From Octopus bimaculoides (Eukaryota), in the NCBI RefSeq assembly GCF_001194135.2, contig NC_068983.1:9317037-9381036 (forward strand): DNA of 64,000 bases. Reading direction: 5' to 3'. Made by a program: the position numbers and the translations under genes. Below are positions 13,344-25,135 of the stretch, piece after piece (position 1 is the stretch's first letter; each line of letters begins with the position of its first letter). The notes beneath the pieces were generated by a model that saw only the letters and a list, made by a program, of their open reading frames with translations, was not told where the DNA came from and did not search any database.

Positions 13344-13808
13344 AGTAGTTGTATGCTGTCAACTTAATGTGACAATCCCCTGAAGGGAATAATATTACTA
13401 TTGGTTACACTTAGGAAGCTGCACCGCTTCCTGTCGGCCTTGACACATTTCATGTGCCCTTATGTTCACAAGGGGGAGTCAAGCACCTCCACTTAGCTAA
13501 NNNNNNNNNNCATGGGCCCTTATGTTCACAAGGGGGAGTCAAGCACCTCCACTTAGCTAAGCCTGCATCCGGAGACATGTTTCTGAGTCTTTGCTCGTCA
13601 TCAGTCTGAAGTAGCAACGGCCTGCTAGTCGAAGATGCCTGTCAAACTCTCGTAAACATATAATAATTCTAGTGAAACACATTCACTGATTTGAAAAATA
13701 GAAGTAGTATTATTCTCTTCACGGGACTGTCACATTAAGTTGACAGCATACAACTACTTTCTCGCATCACTACTGCATAAATCTCTCTGAGAGATTTAGA
13801 ATGTATTA
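13344..13808 (-). mobile_element. Penelope-like element terminal-repeat (pLTR)-type remnant with an inverted partial copy
   Basis: 56-bp inverted arms at 13344-13399 and 13703-13758, an embedded hammerhead motif, and a second rearranged copy at 20470-20673. The Penelope-like assignment is inferred from the hammerhead plus inverted partial repeat; no RT or GIY-YIG ORF is seen. Confidence 0.55.
13568..13610 (-). ncRNA. Minimal type I hammerhead ribozyme motif (slightly degenerate)
   Basis: Minus strand reads TTCAGA-CTGATGA-CGAG-CAAAGA-CTCA-GAA-ACATGT-C-TCCGGA: complete CUGAUGA/GAAA core, helix II, palindromic short helix III, GUC cleavage triplet and helix I (5 of 6 pairs). Confidence 0.7.
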
Positions 13809-13862
13809 TTTCTAAAAACGAATATTACTTCTTCACGAAGAACACTCAGACAAGAACACACA

Positions 13863-14017
13863 CTGGCACTTCGTCGCTTACGACAACGAAGGTTCCAGTT
13901 GATCCGATCAACGGAACCGCCTGCTTGTGAAATTAGCGTGCAAGTGACTGAGAACACCACACGTACCCTTATCGTAGTTCTCGGGAAGATTCAGCGTGAC
14001 ACAGAATATAGCAAGGA
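13863..14017 (-). mobile_element. SINE family C, 3' core fragment
   Basis: Matches 23515-23670 (GGTTCCAGTTGATCCGATCAACGGAAC..CCTGCT.GTGAAATTA). Confidence 0.8.
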
Positions 14018-14024
14018 TTTGAAA

Positions 14025-14073
<49 letters not shown>
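14025..14073. repeat. (TAC)n microsatellite
   Basis: About 16 perfect TAC units. Confidence 0.95.
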
Positions 14074-14879
14074 GTGGCCACATTCGATAATACTGCTGCT
14101 GCTGCCATCACCATCATCGCTACGATTCTCAGCACGATGACTGACTCGGCTGTTAACAGCAGCGGCGACTATTAAAGCATTAACATCACCCCACCTGTCA
14201 TTGACACGGCCTCACTGGAGCAGTTATCGCTTCCGTCTCCACACTTAATATGGTTACAACGTTGCTGCTGCTAGTATGTCTAGATCTACAACGTCTCCCA
14301 TTTCTACTACAACCACTACAACTTCTCTGACGCCATCCTGCTGACGACCCATTTGCCAAAGACATGGCGATCTCTGATCTCTTATAATACTTTTTATAAA
14401 ACTGTTTTTCCTTTATAGCTGGGGAAGTCCTCTGAAAAATAACGATTAATTACATTATTAATTCTGTCTTCACTCTCTAGAAAGCTCTCTGCATTATTGC
14501 TTTATTTCTAATAAATTGGTTTTATTTTTGTGATTTAAACGGAAGACATGCAACGCCCATGCCTCTTCTCAAGACCTCTGAAGCTAATAGTGAAATGGTA
14601 ACAAGCTACGCCCAGACCAGAGAACCAAATGCTTGACGCAGTATGGACACCTAAAAGCGAAGTGTTAGAATTTAACTGCGTGAAAGTATATGCTTCCAGT
14701 CGAAAGAGCAGGCACGATCAGGCGTGCCATTAGTCTTTCATTCAACATCAGCTAAGAAAATATCTCTCATAGAGCTTTGATCGCTTCCTAAGTATGACTG
14801 TTTAGTGTAACAACATCTACCCAAGGTGCCATTACATAATACGATACCGAAACTTAGATTAAAGAATACTGGCGTGTTG

Positions 14880-15187
14880 TGGCGCACATCGTCGCTTACA
14901 ACGACGTGGGTTCCCGTTGATCCGGTCAACGGAACAGCCTGCTCGTGAAAGTAAATTGCATGTAGCTGAGTACTCCATGGACATGTGTGCCCTTAACGCA
15001 GTTCTCAGGGAGATCACATAATGTGATAAGTCTGGCCTTTTGAAATTCAGGTACTACTCATTTTTAGTAGCTGAGTGGACTGAGGCAACGTGAAATAAAT
15101 TTTTGGCTCAGGGACACAACGCGTCGCCGAGGAGTGAACTCACGATCTTACGATCGTGAGTCGAATACCCTAATCAATAAGCTACGT
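14880..15187 (-). mobile_element. SINE with the family C core but a different tRNA-like head
   Basis: 3' core matches 23515-23690. The 5' part (CTGAGTGGACTG.GGCAACGTGAAATAAA...CACGATCTTACGATCGTGAG) matches heads at 29620-29750, 46380-46495 and 58650-58795. Confidence 0.7.
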
Positions 15188-15878
15188 TTCTTCACTTCAA
15201 GAATATTACATTTTCATTAAAAAAAACTAATCACTTAAATCTATTAGCATACAAAATAAAATACGCAGTGTCATGTTCACCAGAAGTACTTTTTGCTGTG
15301 GCACGTGTGCCTTAATGACCCTAAGACTTATGCCAGTGGTGTGCATCCTACTTGTAGGGCCTTTCATGTTGGGCGGCTCAAAGGATAGAAATCAGATGAA
15401 TATGGTCTCTCTCTATCCAGAAGTAAAAATGTATGCGCATAAGGTCGAACACCACTTACAAGAAAAAACGCCAAGTTACAGAATCATCGATGATAATTCC
15501 AAACGAATGAGACCTGGAAGACGAATGCCTTATAGTCCAGTGTCAAGAACAGTGGGGGAAAGACGTTGACTATAATCAACGTCTATGATATAGACGTATA
15601 TATGATCATATATGTTTCACAGAGACCGACAGGCTTAAGGAACATGTCAATTATTATTATGAAACTACGCCTATTTCACTAATTCTAACAGCATCTTATC
15701 AAATGTTCAGGCATTTTTCAGCGGGGAATAATTAGACAATCATATATATTGTTAAATTCACCTACTGTAAACGCATACTACTTCACATGAAGCAAAGCCC
15801 TGTCTTGAGGCTATTAAATAGTGATTTTTTTTTTCAAGAAGAATAGCCATGTATTTCATAGCCATTATTTATAAATTA

Positions 15879-16320
15879 AAAGGTGGCGAGCTGGCAGAAT
15901 CGTTAGCGCGCTGGACGAAATGCTTAGCGGTATTTCGCCCGTCGCTACGTTCTGAGTTCAAATTCCGCCGGGGTCGACTTTGCCTTTCATCCTTTCGATA
16001 TCGATAAATTAGGTACCAATTGCGTACTGGGGTCGATCTATTCGACTGGCCCCTCCCCCCAAATTTCAGGCCTTGTACCTATAGGAGAAAGGATTTATAA
16101 ATTAATAAGGTGGCAAGTTAGTAGAGTATTTAGTAGTGCGCGTAAAATGCTTAGCGGTTTTTCATCGTTTTTACGTTCTGAGTTCAGATTCCGCCAAGGT
16201 GGACTTTACCTTTCTTCCTTTCGGGATCGATAAAATATGTAGTAATTGAGGTCTGTATCGATGTAACCGATTTACTCACTTCCCTCGAAACTGTGGGCTT
16301 TGTGCTAAAACTTCAAACCA
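15879..16320 (+). mobile_element. Two tandem SINE family A copies (15879-16094, 16107-16320)
   Basis: AAGGTGGCGAGCTGGCAGAATCGTTAGC...GAGTTCAAATTCCGCC occurs twice head to tail. Confidence 0.85.
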
Positions 16321-18079
16321 CTTTAACAAAGTTAATAATCAACTATTTATCAAGTCACAGATCTCTCCTTCGCCGGTTTCGAAATGCATGCGAAGACCAC
16401 GGAGCACCTCCCACTTCATGCAAACCTAACCGTTTAAATTGTAAAATAATATTCTACCACCAGTTTCACACTGCTATTCATTGTTCAACATCATTGTCTC
16501 TATTATCATTGAAAGAAACTTTAATCCATTAAAACATTCTGGTATTACATAACATCAATATAAATCTAATGGATGCATTTACATTCTTCCAGTCCATCGA
16601 CCATATTCCATCAACATAACTTTGTATGATGTACTCTTTCCTAATCCCTCTTTCAACAAAATAAATTCTACCGAAATTCCATCCCGTTTCCATTCATGTC
16701 TCTAAACTATTAGCCCACAAGAGTACAAACTAAATATCTATTGTGTTAAAATATTCTCAAAATCTATAAGGTACTGAAAACGGTATTGATCTTATTCATT
16801 GATGTTGCTCTTTTTTTTTTCACTTAAGTTGTTTTATTTTTTCGTAGATGCTATTATTGTCTTTCAGTTTTGCGTCACAGCATCATATCTCCTCGATTTA
16901 AATTTGTAGAAGTAGAATTTGAATAAATGCATATGTATGAGGTTTATTGTGTTGCTTGTATTCTTGTATACTAGAACACAATGTCTAATTTATTTTACGT
17001 TCAACCACATACGCTATCGATAATTTATAAATAGAAACATGTCATTTTCCTAGATATATATATACTTAAAACTACTTTGTTTTTAAATGTAATATCGAAA
17101 TAGTTGCTTTGAATGGCAAAGCAAATCTTACAACAATTTCTGTTGATCACTTCTGATTCTTGTATCTGCAATACTTAAATCTTTAAAGCGCATACTAAAA
17201 GATATTCTAAGACATACAATTATTACAAAATGGGAAATATTCAGCATAGGATCTGATATAGAATCACTATTTCGAGACGTTTTCTTATGGCTCAATTTCT
17301 TTAAACTGATTATGAGGATACAATTATATGATAAGACTAGAAGTAGTATACCAATAGAGTATTAAATATTAAAGCGGGCGAACGTATTGCTTTGATGACG
17401 AATTTCATGAGAAAAATACGTCTGTGTCACTAGAGAACTCTACATACATATTTTTATATTGATTTGGTCGGAATGAAAATTATGTCCGCTTGCTAAATTG
17501 CTCATCTGGTTTCTCTATGAAACTGCTAAGTTTTAGTGCCAGAAAATAAATAAATGAAGCATTAACAGTATTCTTTTACTGAAGATTGTCTCTGTGTGGA
17601 ACTACTATCACAAAAACATTCTACAGTCTAAATGAATGTTAAAAAAAAAAGTGTTAATGCTGTATTGTTGAAATGCTGATGAAGCCCATTATCTGGTACT
17701 TTTAAGTTACAGAATAAAATATGTTAACTCGCATCTAAAGTGGTATAGAATAACGCTGCATCAGAAATGTCACATCATTAAAAAAATGATACTTCCAGTA
17801 TTGAGTGATAGAGAGAGAGAGAGAGAGAGACAGAGACAGAGAGGCAGAGACAGAGAGAGACAGACAGACAGAGACAGAGATAGAGAAAGAGACATTTACA
17901 ACTTGATATAAACAACTAGCTATGATGTAATGGTTGAGAGAAATACTTGATTATTTCTTTGGTATCATTGTTTTCCGGAAACAGCAAAAATCAAAAGCGT
18001 ATATGGCTGAAAGAATAAAAATATGAAAAATAAAAGACATATACAATATTAAACAATGCACTTGTTTTTAATAACTTTC

Positions 18080-18174
<95 letters not shown>

Positions 18175-18176
18175 AA

Positions 18177-18207
<31 letters not shown>

Positions 18208-18331
18208 GGGGGGAACGTTAGAGAGTGAAATGTGTTTTGTTCGAAAAATCTATTATTTCATATGAAACAAAAACACGTGTTTCACAGAATATACTTTATT
18301 CCGTGGGCTACTACTACTACTACTACTATTA

Positions 18332-18369
<38 letters not shown>

Positions 18370-18445
18370 TCTACTACTACTACTACTACTATTACTACTA
18401 CTACTACTACTACTACTACTGCTACTACTACTACTACTACTACTA
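18080..18445. repeat. (GA)n tract (18080-18207) and compound (CTA)n/(CTG)n tract (18309-18445)
   Basis: Read directly from the sequence. Confidence 0.95.
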
Positions 18446-20469
18446 GATGAAAACTGGGGAAATTTTGTTTGAATGGTATGTCGTTATTCCAAAGATATCA
18501 GAGTGTTACATGGAATGGAAAATGTCCTCCTCAAATTGAATGGTGTCTCAAATACTTGCAGCAAGGTGGACTTAGATACAGGCATTCAACATCGCTCTCC
18601 TGTCTGTGTGCAGTCGGCTAACATATTAAGTCTAGTATCCAACACATGAATAAGTTTTGGTGTTCAGCTTATATAACAAAATTATGTTAACGCAAGTAAA
18701 TGCTAAATTTGTATAGCTAAATCTATAATAGTCATAGAAGACGGGAAGTTGAAAGAAATAGCAACAATACATTCGCCTAGAGAATTAGGAATAAGTATAA
18801 GAAATAGGTCTTCACTGCTGTCTGAACTGAGCTGGTATAATGTAATACTTGTATTTTAGGTAATGGTTTCTTGTGTCAAATCAAGTGCTTCTGCTGCATT
18901 TTTCGACATGCCAGGGTAAAAGTCTCTTAAATATCTCATTCAAATCGTAGGCAAACATCATAACTGCTTCTATATCAGATGTTACAGTTTTGAGGATATC
19001 GGTTTATTCGATACTATCTAGCTTAGTTCCTTAATTTACTCACCTTGGAAGGATAATAATCGAAGCTGTATGCAGCGCTACTTGAATTCGGAAAACATAC
19101 AGCTGGGAGAAATAACGCGAAGCATCTCTTCTGTCTCGCTAACAACTGTAACTATTCAGCACCTGACACCCAGACCTTGTAAGAGACGATGAAAATATCA
19201 ACGGATATTGTCTTGAAAATTTTAATGGGTTTAGTCAAAAGATGGGAGGTTCTGATCACCCTTTTAGTGGGGACGTCTGGGGTTCGTGAAAGAAATGTAA
19301 GTTTTTATCAGATCTTAAATCTAATCCGAATTCTTGCTAAGTAGTGGATTGAATGTAAGATGACTGTAGTATAGATGTGGGTGACACACTGAACTACGAA
19401 ATAAGTTTGCCACCTACGAAGAGAAATGAGCTTTCTTGAAAGCTTTGCACAGATTCTGTCAACGAAATTTCACGCACAAGGTTTATGGTAGAACAGACGA
19501 AACTAAAATGCCCCAACACGGAATCGAACTGGAAAACAGGTAACTTCTTAACTGCAGAGTCCATGTTCTATACGTGCTAAAAGTCATACTGAATTTTGCC
19601 AAAAGTACAGCTTATCACTACAACTCATCGCTGCAAATTATCAGCACAAATTATCAGCTTCTCTTCATTATTTATTTTACAGATTGCATTTACTCGTTTC
19701 TGCTATAAATAGGTTCTCGATCAATCCTAAAATAACATTAATTAAATAATGTATGAATAACAGCTGAAGATGTTTTCATGTATGTTTGGACTTGTATGAA
19801 ACTTAAAATCACTTCACCATGGGTGTTATCGATTTATAAACGAAAAGATTATTCCTCGGCATATTTTATTTAGCGTGCAGTAATCTAGAGCAGACTCTGA
19901 CAAAACACATTTAACGCAAAAGATGCATCCCAATACCATGTGAAAACAAGATGAAACAAACGGAGAATTAAACAGGACGCTAAATTTACAGTATTTCGAA
20001 GTATTTTACATACTTGTGAATACGAAGAGATGAGCCGATAGATTCCTCAGAAAGAGAATTCCACTGACTTGGGTCTACGCTCCTGACATGTCAAAAACCT
20101 CAAAAATATACATTACGCTATTCCCTAAATTGAGCAGAAGCTACAGTCGATCGCATGTCAGAAATACGCTACTGTTGTATAATTGGAATACGCCAGGAAT
20201 GTCTGATATCAAAATGACAATGGCGGATATTCTAATCTAATATATCGAATACTAGTTTACTGAACTCTTTTTCTCATACACTCCATTATTACTTGAGCAT
20301 TTATGCTTCAATGAGGAGGTTATAATAAAGTTTATATATACCTGGAGTTATATATCGTATTTAATTAAACTACCTTAAATAATATTAGTCTATATTAAAT
20401 ATCGTTTTACCTCACCACATAAGTATTTCTAGATGTCAATGGTTCTTGTTTAGGGACATAGTATAAGAC

Positions 20470-20673
20470 GGAGACAAGCACCTCCACCCAGCCAAGCCTG
20501 CATCCAGAGACACGTTTCTGACTCTTTGCTCGTCGAAGAGGTGCTGCTTCCTAGGGCTAAATAGCAGTAGTATTATTCCCTTCAGGGGACTGTCACATTA
20601 AGCTGACAGCATACAACTACCTAATCACATCACTACTGCATAAATCTCTCTGAGAGAGATTTAGAAATGTATT
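20470..20673 (-). mobile_element. Second, rearranged copy of the Penelope-like repeat with a truncated hammerhead
   Basis: Shares CAAGCACCTCCAC..AGC.AAGCCTGCATCC.GAGACA.GTTTCTGA.TCTTTGCTCGTC and the CACATTAAG.TGACAGCATACAACTAC...GAGATTTAGAA segments with 13344-13808. Confidence 0.65.
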
Positions 20674-21603
20674 ATATATATATATATATNNNNNNNNNNN
20701 NNNNNNNNNNNNNNNNNNNNNNNNNNNNNNNNNNNNNNNNNNNNNNNNNNNNNNNNNNNNNNNNNNNNNNNNNNNNNNNNNNNNNNNNNNNNNNNNNNNN
20801 NNNNNNNNNNNNNNNNNNNNNNNNNNNNNNNNNNNNNNNNNNNNNNNNNNNNNNNNNNNNNNNNNNNNNNNNNNNNNNNNNNNNNNNNNNNNNNNNNNNN
20901 NNNNNNNNNNNNNNNNNNNNNNNNNNNNNNNNNNNNNNNNNNNNNNNNNNNNNNNNNNNNNNNNNNNNNNNNNNNNNNNNNNNNNNNNNNNNNNNNNNNN
21001 NNNNNNNNNNNNNNNNNNNNNNNNNNNNNNNNNNNNNNNNNNNNNNNNNNNNNNNNNNNNNNNNNNNNNNNNNNNNNNNNNNNNNNNNNNNNNNNNNNNN
21101 NNNNNNNNNNNNNNNNNNNNNNNNNNNNNNNNNNNNNNNNNNNNNNNNNNNNNNNNNNNNNNNNNNNNNNNNNNNNNNNNNNNNNNNNNNNNNNNNNNNN
21201 NNNNNNNNNNNNNNNNNNNNNNNNNNNNNNNNNNNNNNNNNNNNNNNNNNNNNNNNNNNNNNNNNNNNNNNNNNNNNNNNNNNNNNNNNNNNNNNNNNNN
21301 NNNNNNNNNNNNNNNNNNNNNNNNNNNNNNNNNNNNNNNNNNNNNNNNNNNNNNNNNNNNNNNNNNNNNNNNNNNNNNNNNNNNNNNNNNNNNNNNNNNN
21401 NNNNNNNNNNNNNNNNNNNNNNNNNNNNNNNNNNNNNNNNNNNNNNNNNNNNNNNNNNNNNNNNNNNNNNNNNNNNNNNNNNNNNNNNNNNNNNNNNNNN
21501 NNNNNNNNNNNNNNNNNNNNNNNNNNNNNNNNNNNNNNNNNNNNNNNNNNNNNNNNNNNNNNNNNNNNNNNNNNNNNNNTAGATATATGCATTGGTATAT
21601 ATT

Positions 21604-22033
21604 CTGTTCTACTCTAGGCACAAGGCCCGAAATTTTTGGGAAGGGGACCAGTAGATTAGATCGACCCCACCACGCAACTAGTACTTAATTTGTCGACCCC
21701 AAAAAGATGAGAGTCAATGTCGACCTCGGCGGAATTTGAACTCAAAACATAAAGACAGATGATATACTGCTAAGTACTTCGCCCGGCGTGCTAACGATTC
21801 TTATCTCTTTATTGCCCACAAGGGGCTAAACAGAGAGGGGACAAACAAGGACAGACAAATGGATTAAGTCGATTACATCGACTCCAGTGCGTAACTGGTA
21901 CTTAATTTATCGACCCCGAAAGGATCAAAGGCAAAGTGGACCTCGGCGGAATTTGAATTCAGAACGTAAAGACAGGAGAAATACCGCTAAGCATTTCGCC
22001 CGGCGTGCTAACGTTTCTGCCAGCTCACCGCCG
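21604..22033 (-). mobile_element. SINE family A dimer (tail variant 2 copy joined to a tail variant 1 copy)
   Basis: Two family A bodies joined at GCTAACGATTCT/TATCTCTTTATTGCCCAC near 21800. Confidence 0.85.
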
Positions 22034-23512
22034 ACTTTGTTGATATGAAATATTCTAAGAGAAGAAACGAAACTGTCTTATCTTAAGAAATATATGCAGC
22101 TCTAGGGATTTTCTCGTTTGTTATGTAATCCTCCGCAATTACATTATTCCATGGAAATATGTATCGGCAGCATTAGAGAAATCTATTAAGATTTAATGTA
22201 ATTTTGAACATTTATTTTATGAAACACTATTGAGAATATTACAGTGAATGTCCTTGTTGAAAACCCATGACAGCCATTTTATTTTATGTAACTGTATACT
22301 TCTTTAAAACACGTATTTTACATAGAATTATTTAAACTACTTGAATATTTATTGATCAAAATGCTACTTCATTTTCTGAAGTACTCTTATTCAGCTTTAA
22401 GCTTCCTTAAGGGCGACAAGTTCAAAATCTTTTGTTTTCTTCTAGTTCTCTAATAAGCACTCTAAAATCTACGGAAAATAAACGAAAGCCATTAATTGAT
22501 ATCATTGAAAGTATTTGTTCCATTAAGGTTATGCATTTCATATTAATTGTAAAGAAACTATATCAAGTGTGTCTTCATAATTCCTTAGTTATTCATTGTG
22601 AACAATACCTTTTATATTCTTTATTATTAACTGGTTTTGATAATTTAGGCGTGACGTCAATTGAAACGATTTAAGAATGTAAACAAAATTGTTGTTCTAT
22701 AACATTTAAAACGTAAACATTACTTTGGAGACAGCAGGTTTAATCATCACAATATATAATATATATTCTTAAGAAACTGCCAAAAAACGAACGAATAATA
22801 TTTTAATGTAAGAAAAAGAACGTATACTATAAATCAGTTTTAGTTATGAGAAATAACTGGAGATTATACGAAATAGAAGGAAACTGTGTATCTAAAAGGG
22901 AAAGCGACAGGTAATGTTCTATATATTTGGCACAATTGCTTACATTTCTTATTTTGCGGCGTTGTAATTTATTTAATCTTATTATCAGCTCTAAGTCAAT
23001 CTCGTCTGATTTGATAATATTTATATCCGCGGGCAATTACTCCTATTCTGAACTGCGAAAATTTCATACACTAAGTATTTGACCTCTGAACTTATTTTTG
23101 GAGGTTTGCTTTTCTCATTCGAAAATCTCTAATATAACTGAACCAAATGTATTTCGAGGGATAATTTCATCCATCTATCAAAATGGTTTTATTTTAGATA
23201 TTTATTACGAATTATAATTAAAATTAAGGCGGAAAATTTGGCAGCATTTTTAAATTATCAGATAGGACATTGCAGTATTAGTTCAGGTTCTTTATCGTCA
23301 GAGTTCAAATCATACCAGTTTTGCTTCTAATTCATACGGAGTCGTTAAATAAATTCTTATGCAAATAAACTATTTTGCTAAACTCTATATCAAAGCAAAT
23401 ATAAATCTCACCGGGAAGTGAGGCCGTGTTTTAAATATTTATTTAGACCAATAAACAATTTCACTTGCTGCATTGTTTTCATTTTCTTAACCCATTTTAC
23501 CGAATATCTATT

Positions 23513-23886
23513 GTTGGCACTCCGTCGCTTACGACGTCGAGGGTTCCAGTTGATCCGATCAACGGAACAGCCTGCTCGTGAAATTAATGTGCAAGCGGCT
23601 GAGCACTCCACAGACATGTGTACCCTTAACGTAGTTCTCGGGGATATTCAGCGTGACACACTGTGACAAGGCTGACCCTTTGAATTACAGGCACAACAGA
23701 AACAGGACGTTAGAGTGAGAGAAAGTTGTGGTAAAAGAGTACAGCAGGGTTCGCCACCATCTCCTGTCTCGTGGAGCTTTTAGGTGTTTTCGCTCAATAA
23801 ACACTCACAACGGCCGGTCTAGGAATCGAAACCGCGATCCTATAACCGCGAGTCCGCTGCCCTAACCACTGGGCCATTGCGCCTCC
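23513..23886 (-). mobile_element. tRNA-derived SINE family C, full length
   Basis: Minus strand GGAGGCGCAATGGCCCAGTGGTTAGGGCAGCGGACTCGCGG (A box), GGTTTCGATTCC (B box), then a non-tRNA body; the core recurs at 13863 and 14880. Confidence 0.85.
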
Positions 23887-23945
23887 ACACCAAATATCTA
23901 TATATTTACAATAAATATTGCATAGTCCATCGATTTGGAATTGTA

Positions 23946-24172
23946 TTGGGTTGTCCGGAAAGTTCGTGCCGATTTATAGTAGCTTACCTTTCGACTTATT
24001 TGCCACGAAACCACCTCAATTCTGGGAAGAAGGCATTTTCAAGTTAACGGACAGATGGAGACGCATTGTGCAACAAAATGGTTCATGTTTGGTTGATTCA
24101 AAATGTGATGGCAAGTATTTACTGACCTTTTCTTTCCTTTAAAAATCGGCACGAACTTTCCGGACGACCCAA
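23946..24172 (+). mobile_element. Internally deleted mariner element (MITE-like, 227 bp) with TA target-site duplication
   Basis: TIRs TTGGGTTGTCCGGAAAGTTCGTGCCGATTT and AAATCGGCACGAACTTTCCGGACGACCCAA (1 mismatch), flanked by TA at 23944-45 and 24173-74. The interior encodes FATKPPQFWEEGIFKLTDRWRRIVQQNGSCL, a mariner transposase C-terminus. Confidence 0.9.
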
Positions 24173-24184
24173 TAGAATTGCTAA

Positions 24185-24420
24185 AGCCTCAGACAGGACG
24201 CCTGCTTCGTGGAACCTTTCCCGGCTTTTTGAATTCTTACACCATCGCCTACAACGACACATGAAGCGGAATGTAATCAATCGTTCCCTTTATTTGGGGC
24301 AACATTTGCAACATGGAGATGTCTGTCTTGCACATATGGACAATAAATGATCTGTCATAACACAATAATGAAAAACTTTATCCAAGCTTTAAAATCTACA
24401 TCCATACCTTCATAGACCAT
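24185..24420 (-). mobile_element. Highly decayed CR1/L2-like LINE RT fragment
   Basis: Across frameshifts the minus strand gives EGMDVDF-KA..DKV.H (cf. DFxKAFDKVPH), CVVVGD (cf. QRVVVxG) and VPRSxVL (cf. GVPQGSVL), in the expected order. Confidence 0.45.
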
Positions 24421-24729
24421 ACTGAGGGCCACATAATGGCTAAAACCATCGAACGATTACACTTTTTGTACAACTTGTGAATTTTTAAAGTTGAATCTGC
24501 CAATGGCGTTTTATTGTATTTTTAACAAGGACATTTTATTCCCCATTGTCCTGATGGCTTAGTTACTTATTCATATAAATATTATCAGATCATGTTACAC
24601 GGACCTGAGTCCATCGTTTGCCTCTCTCTAACTGGTTCTCTTTAATTATGGTAATTTCTTATTTAGACTAAAAGTTGGGATTTATAGAGCAGACATGATA
24701 AAAAGTAGTCAACCCATAAATATATCGTA

Positions 24730-25058
24730 TTTCTTTCTTCTTTCTCTTGTTTCTCTCCTTCTTCTTCTTTCTCTCCTTTTTCTCTCTCTTCTTCTTCCTC
24801 TTCTTCTTCTCTTCTTCTTTCTCTACTTCTTCCTTTTCTTCTTTCTCTTATTCTTTCTTTTTTTCTTTCTCTTCTATTTCCTTTTCTTCTTTTTTTCTTT
24901 TCTTATGCTTTCTCTTTTTTCTTCTTTCTCTTTTCCTTCCCCTCTTCTTTTCCTTCTTCTTTTTCTTCTTTCTCTTCTTCTTCCTTTCCCTCTTTTTTTC
25001 TCTTCTTCTTCCTCTTCTTCCTCTTCTGCTTCTTCTTCACCCTCTTCAGCCTCTTCAG

Positions 25059-25104
<46 letters not shown>

Positions 25105-25135
25105 NNNNNNNNNNTCTCTCTCTCTCTCTCTCTCT
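24730..25135. repeat. Degenerate (CTT)n / (CT)n pyrimidine tract
   Basis: About 400 bp of nearly pure C/T. Confidence 0.95.

Noticed and set aside
13451-13560. 50-bp direct repeat on either side of a 10-N gap
   Set aside because: Near-identical sequence flanking a fixed-size gap is the signature of overlapping contig ends, not a biological tandem duplication.
23830-23886. tRNA-like sequence with A and B boxes
   Set aside because: It continues into a repeated non-tRNA body and lacks a 3' acceptor stem, so it is a SINE head, not a tRNA gene. The same applies to the other SINE heads.
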